A DNA stretch of 64,000 nt, taken from assembly GCA_016204975.1 (NCBI GenBank), contig JACQJP010000055.1:2098-66097 (forward strand). The letters run 5' to 3'. The translations under genes and the position numbers were made by a program. The stretch is from Elusimicrobiota bacterium. Lineage in GTDB: Bacteria > Elusimicrobiota > Elusimicrobia > JACQJP01. Below the pieces are notes generated by a model. That model saw only the letters and a list, made by a program, of their open reading frames with translations. It did no database searches and was not told the DNA's origin. Positions within the stretch are counted from its first letter, which is position 1. Every line of letters begins with the position of its first letter. Below are positions 37,590-46,148 of this stretch, piece after piece.

Positions 37590-38960
37590 ATGAAAAAAAT
37601 CCATCCTGTGGGACCCGACTACGGTCGGGGAGTGCCGGCTCAACACGCCGTTGGGGCCCGGCCTCTCAAAACCGTTTTAGGAGCCCTGCTGATCCTTCCG
37701 GCGCTCTATTTCCTTCCCAAGGCCTACTCGGCGGTGGATCGAACCTATGAGCAGATCAAAATTCTGGTGGACATCTTGGACTATATCCGTGACAACTACG
37801 TGGAGGAGACCGAGACCCAGGAACTGATCTACGGCGCCGCCCAGGGCATGGTCCGCAGCCTAGACGACTTCTCCCAGTTTATGGAACCCCGTGAGCACAA
37901 GGAGATGAAAACAGAGACGGAAGGACAGTTCGGAGGCTTGGGGATCCGCATCGGCATCCGGGACGGATACTTGACCGTCATTACCCCGCTGCCTGGAACC
38001 CCCGCCTACAAGGCAGGGGTCATGCCGGGCGACCGCATCGTGAAGATCCAAAACGAAGGGGAGAAAGAACCGATCCTGGTGGACATGCAGAAGTGGACCC
38101 TCTTCGATGCGGTGGATGTGCTCCGTGGAAAGCCGGGCTCCAAGGTGGTCATCAGCGTCTCCCACCGGCAGATGGTCGAAGAGAAAGAAACCTGGAGCGA
38201 ACTGCAGGAGATCACCGTCGCCCGGGAATGGATCAAGATCCAAACCACCTACTCCAAATTCCTGGATCCGGACATCGCCTACCTGAGGCTCGTGGAGTTC
38301 ACCCAAAAGACGGTGCCGGATGCGGTTAAAGAGCTGAGGGCAAACCGCCAGAAAGGCATGCGCTCGGCGATTCTGGATCTGCGCAACAACCCAGGGGGAC
38401 TCTTGAGCTCGGCGGTAGAGTTCTCCCAGCAATTCCTAGGGCAGAACAAGCTGATCGTCTATACCCAGGGCAAAAATCCCGAAAACCGCCAGGAGTTCCG
38501 GGCCAAGACCAAGGGAGAATTCGAGGACATTCCTCTGGTGGTTTTAGTCAATGGGGGCTCCGCCTCCGGCAGCGAAATCGTAGCCGGAGCTCTCCAAGAC
38601 CACAAACGCGCCATCGTGATCGGTTCCAATACTTTCGGCAAGGCCAGCGTACAATCCGTCATTCCGCTCGCAGACGGTTCCGGGCTGCGGCTGACTGTGG
38701 CCAAATACTATACCCCCCTGGGACGCTCCATCCAAAGGGATAAAAAAACCAAGGAAGGGGGAATCCAGCCCGACATTCGAATTGAGGTCCCGAGGGAACA
38801 AGAGGCCAAGCTGCAGGCCCAGTGGCAGGAGATATACACCCCCGGGGAAGAATCCCAATCCGCCATCAAAAAAGAGGAGCAGGTCAAAGACATGCTCCTG
38901 GAGCGGGGGATAGAACTCCTCAAAGCCCGGCACGTCCTCTCCAGGCTGCAGGAAGGATAG
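37590..38960 (+). CDS. ctpA: carboxyl-terminal processing peptidase (S41, PDZ); 55-bp repeat element inserted in frame just after the start codon
   Basis: PDZ region IRDGYLTVITPLPGTPAYKAGVMPGDRIVKI. S41 catalytic region LVVLVNGGSASGSEIVAGALQDHKRAIVIGSNTFGKASVQ. N-terminus reads MKKIHPV[GPDYGRGVPAQHAVGARP]LKTVLGALLILPALYF. Confidence 0.8.
   Translation: MKKIHPVGPDYGRGVPAQHAVGARPLKTVLGALLILPALYFLPKAYSAVDRTYEQIKILVDILDYIRDNYVEETETQELIYGAAQGMVRSLDDFSQFMEPREHKEMKTETEGQFGGLGIRIGIRDGYLTVITPLPGTPAYKAGVMPGDRIVKIQNEGEKEPILVDMQKWTLFDAVDVLRGKPGSKVVISVSHRQMVEEKETWSELQEITVAREWIKIQTTYSKFLDPDIAYLRLVEFTQKTVPDAVKELRANRQKGMRSAILDLRNNPGGLLSSAVEFSQQFLGQNKLIVYTQGKNPENRQEFRAKTKGEFEDIPLVVLVNGGSASGSEIVAGALQDHKRAIVIGSNTFGKASVQSVIPLADGSGLRLTVAKYYTPLGRSIQRDKKTKEGGIQPDIRIEVPREQEAKLQAQWQEIYTPGEESQSAIKKEEQVKDMLLERGIELLKARHVLSRLQEG
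37610..37663. repeat. 55-bp palindromic repeat element, copy B (in frame inside ctpA)
   Basis: gggacccgactacggtcggggagtgccggctcaacacgccgttggggcccggcc. Confidence 0.7.
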
Positions 38961-38992
38961 CAACCGGACCAAAGCGAGTGAGGGCGCGACCG

Positions 38993-40093
38993 ATGCGGAT
39001 CCTGGGCATTGAGACCTCCTGCGATGAGACCGCCGCGGCAGTCGTGGAAAACGGAACCCGGATCCTCTCCGACGTCATCGCCAGCCAAGCCTCCCTCCAC
39101 GCCGAATTTCTCGGGGTGGTCCCAGAAATCGCCAGCCGAGCCCACCTAGAGCTTCTGTTGCCCTGCATCCAAAAGGCCCTGTGTGAGGCGTCTCTGGATC
39201 TTTCCCACCTGGACGCCATCGCCTTCACCCGAGGCCCCGGCCTGCCGGGGGCCCTTCTGATGGGCAAAGTCATCGCACAGACTCTTTCCTGGACGCATTC
39301 CAAACCCCTTTTGGGCATCCAACACCTAGAGGGCCACTTTTTCTCCAACCTGCTTCAAACAAACGGCCGCACGGTTCCCGACCCCCTGCCGCTTCCCGCC
39401 GTAGCCCTGATCGTTTCCGGGGGTCACACCGACCTCCTCCATATCCGGTCCCTTGGAAAATATCACGTTCTGGGAAGAACATTAGACGATGCCGCCGGAG
39501 AGGCTTTCGACAAGCTGGCGAAGCTCTTGCGCATGGGCTATCCTGGTGGACCCTTGATTGATCGCGCCTCCCGTGCCGGAAATCCCGGCGCCTTTTCCCT
39601 GCCCAGACCCACCCTGCCCGGCTCCTTCAACTTCTCCTTCAGCGGACTGAAGACCTCCGCCCTCTACCTCCTCAAAGACGCGGGCTTCCCCATCCAATCT
39701 CCGAAAGGCATGGAGAAACTGGCGGCCGATCCTGCCCAGTGGCGTAGACGCCTCGGCGCCAGCCTGGAAGATCTCTGCGCCTCCTTCCAGGAAGCCATCG
39801 TGGACACCCTAGTCCAAAAAACCCTCCATGCCGCCCAAGTGTGCTCCGCGCGGAGCCTCTTTTTGGGAGGGGGGGTGGCCTGCAACAGGCGTCTGCGAGA
39901 AAAAATGAAGCGGGCCTGCGGCAGGGAGAACCTGCCTCTCTTTTGTCCACCCCCGCCGCTGTGCACCGACAACGCCGCCATGATCGCCTCAGCGGCCTAT
40001 TTTCAACTCCGCAGTGGAAAATTCCCTAAAAAATCTTCCCTCTCCATCCATCCCAGTCTCCCCTTTATCAACTGGAATGCCGAGCATGACTGA
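38993..40093 (+). CDS. tsaD: tRNA N6-adenosine threonylcarbamoyltransferase
   Basis: MRILGIETSCDETAAAVVENG..., GPGLPGALLMG and the Kae1/YgjD family fold. Confidence 0.85.
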   Translation: MRILGIETSCDETAAAVVENGTRILSDVIASQASLHAEFLGVVPEIASRAHLELLLPCIQKALCEASLDLSHLDAIAFTRGPGLPGALLMGKVIAQTLSWTHSKPLLGIQHLEGHFFSNLLQTNGRTVPDPLPLPAVALIVSGGHTDLLHIRSLGKYHVLGRTLDDAAGEAFDKLAKLLRMGYPGGPLIDRASRAGNPGAFSLPRPTLPGSFNFSFSGLKTSALYLLKDAGFPIQSPKGMEKLAADPAQWRRRLGASLEDLCASFQEAIVDTLVQKTLHAAQVCSARSLFLGGGVACNRRLREKMKRACGRENLPLFCPPPPLCTDNAAMIASAAYFQLRSGKFPKKSSLSIHPSLPFINWNAEHD

Positions 40094-41342
40094 GGGCTTG
40101 GAAACCGTCACCAAGCTCTGGGTTCTTCCCAATAACGGCGCCCCCACCAAGAATGTCTTGGAGGAGGAGCTACGCGATTTCTTGAAGACTCCTTCCCATC
40201 CCCGGGTAGAGATATCCGTCTTCCACCCCAAAACCCTCTGGAAAAACCTCATCCGCGCCCTAAAAAAATCAGAGACCGAGAACCTTCCGGACCTCGTGCA
40301 GATCCGAGGCACCTGGACCGGCACCCTGGCTTCCCTGGGCTTGCTGCAAGAGCTCCAGGAACCGGAGTTCCTCAAACAGCTCCCCCTATTTCACCCCGCG
40401 GCCCTGCCCTCCTGCACGCTGGGGGCCTCCCAGGGCAGGCTCTTTGCCCTCCCTTGGATGATGGGTCTGAGGCACCTCTTCTACCGCAAAGACATTCTAA
40501 AAACCTTTGGGCTGGATCCCAAAAAGGATTTGGGTACCTGGGAAGGTTTCGTCGAGGCTTGCCGCCACATCAAAAAATCCTGCACGCCGGGAAGCTCACT
40601 GTTCCCTCTCGCGTTCCCCGGCTGCCGGGAAACCCTCACCCTCGCCGACCTGGCCCCCTGCGTCTGGGGATTCTGCGGGGACTTCGTCCATCCCCAAGAG
40701 CACCGGAGCCTCCTGTACCGGAAAGAAACCCGCCGCGGATTTGCCGCCTACCTCCACCTCATCGTCGAAGGGATCCAGCCCCTCTTCGGCCTGGGAGGCC
40801 TCCCCTACGGCAACTTCTTCCAGGGGAACTTCGCCTTCTCCCTTTCCGGCGAGATACCCAAAAAGACCTCTTTAAATCCCCGCCATCCAGACTTTTGCCC
40901 CGCCGTCCCCAAAAACTTAGGGCTGGCTCCCTATCCCCTCCCCTCCCCCAATCCCACGCCGCTGCTGGAAGTCCAGTGCCTGGCCCTCGTGAAAAAGGCG
41001 TCCACGCCGTCAAACGCCTTGGAGCTCTTAAAGGTCCTGCTCTCCCCACGGATGCAAAACCGCTATCCCCAAACCCTGGGACGTCTCCCATGCCTTCGGG
41101 AAAGCCTCGCCGGGGAGTTGGACAGAAAGCCGGAGCTCCAAACGATCTTCCAGGCCTCGATCGGACGCGCCCGATCCCTGCCGAACTTCGTGGCCTCCGG
41201 GGCGGTGGAGAAAATCATCGAGGAAGCCTTAGAAAACATCCTGAAAGCCATACTGAAAAAGGAGTACAGTGAAAAGCTTTTAGAACGCGAGCTCCTGCAT
41301 GCCAGCGCCGAAATAGACTATGTGGTCTCCCTATATGACTGA
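40077..41342 (+). CDS. extracellular solute-binding-protein family 1 homolog that lacks a signal peptide
   Basis: SBP_bac_1-like pattern (LDPKKDLGTWEGFVEACRHIKK, NRYPQTLGRLPCLRESL) with a non-hydrophobic N-terminus. Start at the ATG at 40077 or 40086, overlapping the tsaD end. Confidence 0.5.
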   Translation: MPSMTEGLETVTKLWVLPNNGAPTKNVLEEELRDFLKTPSHPRVEISVFHPKTLWKNLIRALKKSETENLPDLVQIRGTWTGTLASLGLLQELQEPEFLKQLPLFHPAALPSCTLGASQGRLFALPWMMGLRHLFYRKDILKTFGLDPKKDLGTWEGFVEACRHIKKSCTPGSSLFPLAFPGCRETLTLADLAPCVWGFCGDFVHPQEHRSLLYRKETRRGFAAYLHLIVEGIQPLFGLGGLPYGNFFQGNFAFSLSGEIPKKTSLNPRHPDFCPAVPKNLGLAPYPLPSPNPTPLLEVQCLALVKKASTPSNALELLKVLLSPRMQNRYPQTLGRLPCLRESLAGELDRKPELQTIFQASIGRARSLPNFVASGAVEKIIEEALENILKAILKKEYSEKLLERELLHASAEIDYVVSLYD

Positions 41343-42777
41343 GGGCTTTCCCTTCCCCTTCAGCCTCCCCGAAACGATCTCCAGGGGGCTGCGGCTTCTT
41401 TATCGCCAGAGCCGGGCGCAGGAGATAGACCTGTTTTTGAAGCGTCCTTACTGCGACGCTCTCCAGCTGGAAAAAAGCATCTACCTTGGGGAGCTTTGGG
41501 AGGCGGAGGAATCCCTGCCCATTTTTGAAGGCAGCCCCCTTCAGGCGCTCCTGACCGGCCACAAAAAGATCCTCTCCCACCCCTTCCTCTACCTGCCCCT
41601 GACGGCGCAAACCCAAAAGCTTGAGATCCAAACGATCGGGCTTTTGCGCTTAAAGCGCCGCAAATCCGCCCGAACCCTGCGCCCCCGGGAAAAAAAGCGG
41701 CTCCAGCAAGCGGCGGCGGAGTTCGCCCGGGCCCTCTATTACGCCCAGCTCCTGCAAGGACATCAAGAACGCCTGAAACGCCTGGGCACTCTGACGGAGC
41801 TCTCCTCCATGTTCGCGGCCTCCCTGCAGGTGGAGGACCGCCTGCGCCTCATCCTACAGGCGGTTCAGCAGCATTTCGGCTTCGACCGGGTGCGTCTGTA
41901 CCTGGTGGATCCGGAGGAGAAATTTCTCCAGGGAGAGCTGAGTGTGGATGTGCGCGGGCGCGTTCAGAACCTCCATGCCGAACACATCCCCTTAAGTCCC
42001 GCAAGTCATCGCTTCGCCCAGGCGATCCTGGGAGAAACCGCCGGCGCCATCCAGGAGGAGTTTGAGGACACCCTGATCTACCTGCCGCTGCGCAACCAAG
42101 GAAAACACATCGGGCTTCTAGCGGTGGACAACCTGCTTTCCCAAGAACCTATCGAAAAGGAGGACCTGGCCCTCATCCAATCCTTCGCCGGGCAGATCTC
42201 CATGGCGCTCTCCAACGCCCGGCTCTTCAAGGAGGTGGAGACCCTTTCCCTCCATGACAGCCTCACCCACCTGCCGGTGCGGCGCTACTTTATGGAAAGA
42301 CTTAAAGAGGAGATCTACCGCGCCGAAAGGTTCCGACAGTCCCTCTCCCTGGTCATTCTGGACCTGGATTTCTTCAAGCAGACCAACGACACCTATGGGC
42401 ACCAGATCGGAGATCTCCTTCTACAGGCAGTGGCTCAGAGGGTGCTTTCCAACATCCGCAAAATCGATTTTCCCTCCCGCTATGGGGGAGACGAGATTTT
42501 GATCCTGCTGCCGCAGGCGGCCCAGGAGGAGGCCCGCACCATCACCCAACGCATCCGAAACGCCATCCGCCAGATCCGCATCCCGGTGCCCTTCGCCCGG
42601 GCGCGCGAGATTTCGGCGACCGCCAGCCTGGGCATCGCCATTTTTCCACAGGACGGGCGCAAGATCGAGGAACTTATGGATAAGGCGGACGACGCCCTCT
42701 ACTGGGTCAAGGCCCATGGCAGGGACGGCATCTGCTTTTACCAAGAAATCCCCAAACAAACCCAGCTGTTTGAATGA
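41335..42777 (+). CDS. GAF-domain diguanylate cyclase-family protein (GGDEF with variant GGDEI motif)
   Basis: GAF region and a C-terminal GGDEF fold: ILDLDFFKQTNDTYGHQIGDLLLQAVAQRV ... RYGGDEILILLP. Confidence 0.65.
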   Translation: MTEGFPFPFSLPETISRGLRLLYRQSRAQEIDLFLKRPYCDALQLEKSIYLGELWEAEESLPIFEGSPLQALLTGHKKILSHPFLYLPLTAQTQKLEIQTIGLLRLKRRKSARTLRPREKKRLQQAAAEFARALYYAQLLQGHQERLKRLGTLTELSSMFAASLQVEDRLRLILQAVQQHFGFDRVRLYLVDPEEKFLQGELSVDVRGRVQNLHAEHIPLSPASHRFAQAILGETAGAIQEEFEDTLIYLPLRNQGKHIGLLAVDNLLSQEPIEKEDLALIQSFAGQISMALSNARLFKEVETLSLHDSLTHLPVRRYFMERLKEEIYRAERFRQSLSLVILDLDFFKQTNDTYGHQIGDLLLQAVAQRVLSNIRKIDFPSRYGGDEILILLPQAAQEEARTITQRIRNAIRQIRIPVPFARAREISATASLGIAIFPQDGRKIEELMDKADDALYWVKAHGRDGICFYQEIPKQTQLFE

Positions 42778-44135
42778 AAATTTTTCTTGCTTGTTCTTGC
42801 GTTCTCTTGCTTCCGGTGCTTTCTTTTGCCGCCTTCGAGGATTTCGGGGTGGGGGCGCGGGCGGCGGGCCTGGCCAACTCCTTCACCGCCGTCTCGGACG
42901 ACCTTTCGGCGCTGGCCTTCAACCCGGCCGGGTTGGGAAATCTCGGAAAGACCGAAATCTCCTCCCAGTTCGCCCGGTTCTTCGCGGCTCCGGGAGGCCG
43001 GGCGGATGTGGAATCCATTTTCTTCGGCTTTTCCCAACCCCTCCAGCTCGGGGAACGTCCCGGCAGCCTGGCCTTCGGCTTCCAAAGGCAGATGCGGCGG
43101 GATTTTTCCAAAGACACCGCTTTTTCTTTCCATTACGGAACCCGCGGGATCTATCCCCTGTGGGGAGGCCGGGCCGGATGGGGGGGGAGCCTCAAGATAC
43201 TCAAAAGGGACTCCCTCATAGCCTCCGACTCCACAAGCGGCCTGGGCCTGGACGCCGGCGCCTTTTACCTCTATCGGCAGCGCTACGCCTTGGGACTCTC
43301 CCTTTTGAACTTCAACCAACCGGACCTGAGTCTTAACCAAACTGCGGACCGGGTCCCGAGGATCCTGCGCCTGGGCCTGGCGACCAAGACGAGGGGCCTG
43401 CTTTTGACGACCGACCTGGTGCACCGCGCCAGCTCCAGAAAACAGGGGGGATTCTCACTGGCCATGGCCTCCGAGAGGTGGTGGAGCACCCGCAGACATG
43501 GATCTTATGCCCTGCGCTCCGGGCTCTCCCTGGGCAACCGCTCCAAGCTCTGGACGCTGGGGGCTTCCCTGCGCCTCTTCGGCACCCGCTTGGATTACGC
43601 CCTCTCCACCCCCTTGAGCGGCTCCATCATCCTAGGACACACCCTCTCCCTGACCCACCGCTTCGGGGAGCCCAGCCCCCAAGAAGAGTACGAGCGCCTC
43701 CTCCAGATGGAGATGGAATCCAGAAAAGAGATCCAGAAAATGCTGCAAAGGACCGAGCGGGAGGAAGAAAAGCTCCGCCTGGAAGTCTTCAACCTGAAAC
43801 TCGAGCTGGAGACCCTGAGAAAGAAACTGGCGGAGCGCGGGGAAAAAGAAGAAGCCCTACGGCAAAAATTGGAAAGTCTGGAGGGGCGTCGAGAAAAGGC
43901 GGAGAAGGAACTTAAAAAGATCCAGGAAAAACGCCGGGAGCAAAAAGCCGTGGACAAGCCCTCCGCCCTGCAGGCGTTTCAAAAGGATTGGGGCGAGTAC
44001 CTCAAACTCGAAAAGAGCGGGGCTCCAAAATCCATCCGCCTGCAGAAGCTCCGCACCCTCCTAAGCACCTATAGAGGAAAAAAAATAGACCTAGGCCCCG
44101 CCAACCGCGAACTCCTCGAAACCATGAAGGAATAG
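42774..44135 (+). CDS. outer-membrane beta-barrel-like protein (NPAGLG family) with a C-terminal about 150-aa charged coiled-coil tail
   Basis: Signal peptide MKIFLACSCVLLLPVLSFA. Motif FGVGARAAGLANSFTAVSDDLSALAFNPAGLG is shared with the OMP at 49527. C-terminal tail EEYERLLQMEMESRKEIQKMLQRTEREEEKLRLEVFNLKLELETLRKKL... Confidence 0.5.
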   Translation: MKIFLACSCVLLLPVLSFAAFEDFGVGARAAGLANSFTAVSDDLSALAFNPAGLGNLGKTEISSQFARFFAAPGGRADVESIFFGFSQPLQLGERPGSLAFGFQRQMRRDFSKDTAFSFHYGTRGIYPLWGGRAGWGGSLKILKRDSLIASDSTSGLGLDAGAFYLYRQRYALGLSLLNFNQPDLSLNQTADRVPRILRLGLATKTRGLLLTTDLVHRASSRKQGGFSLAMASERWWSTRRHGSYALRSGLSLGNRSKLWTLGASLRLFGTRLDYALSTPLSGSIILGHTLSLTHRFGEPSPQEEYERLLQMEMESRKEIQKMLQRTEREEEKLRLEVFNLKLELETLRKKLAERGEKEEALRQKLESLEGRREKAEKELKKIQEKRREQKAVDKPSALQAFQKDWGEYLKLEKSGAPKSIRLQKLRTLLSTYRGKKIDLGPANRELLETMKE

Positions 44136-44235
44136 GGCACCAGCACGCTGGGAGCCTCCGGCTCCCCGGCGGGTACCCGCAGTACTGCGGAGGGCATTGA
44201 CTGGAAGAGAAAACCTGTTAAACTAAACTGAACAT

Positions 44236-46062
44236 ATGGACTCCGATAGATTGGATAAAGCCTTAAACGAACTTTGGGAAAGGGTGGCCAGCCGGGAGAC
44301 GGCGCTCCCAGCCCTGGAATTTCCGATCCCAAGCCCCGAAGGGGACCTTCAAAAGGCCCAGAAGGAGGCCACCCAAGAGGCCTTCAAAAGCCTTCAGGAG
44401 CGCCAGGAGCAGGACCGCCTCTTTTGGCAGGAACTTTTAGAGCTCAAGGAAAAAAATATCGAGCAGTTGGGCGAGCGCCTGAGGGCGGCGGAGGAAAAGC
44501 TGTTAAGCCTCCACCAGGAGCACCGCGCCCTCCAGGAACATCTCTTTGAATCCTCCCTGGAATCCGCCTCCGAAACTCAGGAGGAAAAAAGAAACCTGGA
44601 GAAACAAAAAGAGGCCCACCGTCAGGAAATCCTCCTCCTCCAAGACATCGCGGAGGAAGCCCGCAAGAAGCTTGAGACGAGCTTCCGGCATCTGAACGCC
44701 CTCCAACACCAAAAAGAGGTGGAGGACCAGGAGCGCCATCGGCAGATACTCAAGCTGCGGGCCGCCATCCAGGCCGGGGAGAAAAGAGAGGCGGAGCTGA
44801 AAAGGGAGATTCAAGACTGGAAGTCCAAACTCCAGGAACTGGAAAAGAGTCTGCAGACGGAAAAAGAAGAATACGAGCGCAAGCTCCAGGAAGCCAAGAA
44901 GGCCCTGGAATCCACCCTGGGAGAGTTTTTAAAGGAAAGGCAGGAAAGAAACCAGGCCGAGCAGGACAAAGAGCTCGCCCTTCAAAAAACGGAGGAGCTG
45001 GAGAACCGCCTCCAGGAGATGAAGCTGGCCTGGGAGGCGGAGAGAAAACAGTGGCGGGACCTCTGGGACCGGGAAAGGTCCCTCTGGGAGACTCACCGCA
45101 AGGAGTTCGCCACCTGGGAGGAGCGCTTAAGGCGGGAGCGAGAGGTTTGGCACCGCCAGCTCCGGGGCCGAGAGGACATGGAACTTCAGCAAGCGGCCCA
45201 AATGACCCGGATCTTAGAAAACACCACCCACTGGATCCTCAAGGTAACGGCAGTCCTGAAACATTTCGCCATCCACGGCGTGGAGCATCCCCAGGTCATC
45301 ACCACCGTCCAGCCGATCGTCGCCAGATCCAAAAGAAGCCGCCTCTATGCGCTGGCGGCCCCGCTGGCCTTGCTCATCCTAGCCGGCGCCGGATGGTTGG
45401 GATATAAAAACCTTTACCTGGGGCTTCACCCAAAAGCCGCCTACTCCCTGGCTGCCCCGGAAAACCCGACCGCCCTGGCCTGGGACGGGAGCCGCCTTTG
45501 GATTGCGGACTGGTCCGGAAGCTGGAGCGCGCTGGCTCCGGAGAAACTTCCGGAAAGCCGGGGACCCGCCTCTTTTACCCTCTCCGCCGGAGCCTACCAT
45601 CCGGTGGCCCTGGCCTACGGAGCCGGGGCCTTCTGGTCCGCGGACGCGGGGCAGGGAAGAATCCTCAAACATGACCCCCAAGACCCTTCGAAGATTCTAG
45701 CCGAGTATCCCAGCCCCGGCCCCTCCCCCATCGCCCTGGGCTTTCGGGGGGAAGACCTCTGGTCCTTCGACGCCCTCTCCAACAAACTGAGCCTTCACTC
45801 CCTGCAAAATCCGCAGATCCTCTGGGCCGAACGGTCCCTCCCCGAAGGGATATCTCCCGCCGCCTTCCAGTGGCAGGAAAACTTCCTGTGGATTTTGGAC
45901 GTCCAAAAAAAGAAGCTGCTCCAGTTGAAAGCGCTGGAAAAAACCTTCCAGATCCAAAGGACCTTTCCCCTTCAGATCCCCTGGAATTCTTTTGTCTTCG
46001 CCGGCCCCCACACCCTCTGGGCCCTCTCCGAGGGGAAACTCCTCCAATACCGCCTCCGTTAA
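44236..46062 (+). CDS. hypothetical protein: N-terminal coiled coil, single TM helix, C-terminal beta-propeller-like repeats
   Basis: Long E/K/R/L coiled coil. TM helix LYALAAPLALLILAGAGWLGY. Repeated LW..D.. blades in the C-terminal 230 aa. Confidence 0.45.
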   Translation: MDSDRLDKALNELWERVASRETALPALEFPIPSPEGDLQKAQKEATQEAFKSLQERQEQDRLFWQELLELKEKNIEQLGERLRAAEEKLLSLHQEHRALQEHLFESSLESASETQEEKRNLEKQKEAHRQEILLLQDIAEEARKKLETSFRHLNALQHQKEVEDQERHRQILKLRAAIQAGEKREAELKREIQDWKSKLQELEKSLQTEKEEYERKLQEAKKALESTLGEFLKERQERNQAEQDKELALQKTEELENRLQEMKLAWEAERKQWRDLWDRERSLWETHRKEFATWEERLRREREVWHRQLRGREDMELQQAAQMTRILENTTHWILKVTAVLKHFAIHGVEHPQVITTVQPIVARSKRSRLYALAAPLALLILAGAGWLGYKNLYLGLHPKAAYSLAAPENPTALAWDGSRLWIADWSGSWSALAPEKLPESRGPASFTLSAGAYHPVALAYGAGAFWSADAGQGRILKHDPQDPSKILAEYPSPGPSPIALGFRGEDLWSFDALSNKLSLHSLQNPQILWAERSLPEGISPAAFQWQENFLWILDVQKKKLLQLKALEKTFQIQRTFPLQIPWNSFVFAGPHTLWALSEGKLLQYRLR

Positions 46063-46065
46063 GAA

Positions 46066-46080
46066 TTTTTGCAAAAGTCC
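46066..46080. repeat. solo MITE terminal repeat (TTTTTGCAAAAGTCC) immediately after the gene stop
   Basis: Exact match to the right terminal inverted repeat of the MITE family. No partner terminus nearby. Confidence 0.35.
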
Positions 46081-46148
46081 AGAATTAACATTTCTTTAAC
46101 AATTTTTTAATACGTTGGTAACACCCTTCCTTTAAAATTCCCTTCACC

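Noticed and set aside
40086-41350. Identical 14-nt string atgactgagggctt at the starts of two consecutive genes
   Set aside because: It is too short and has no flanking similarity. Probably chance. It is mentioned only within the solute-binding-protein finding.
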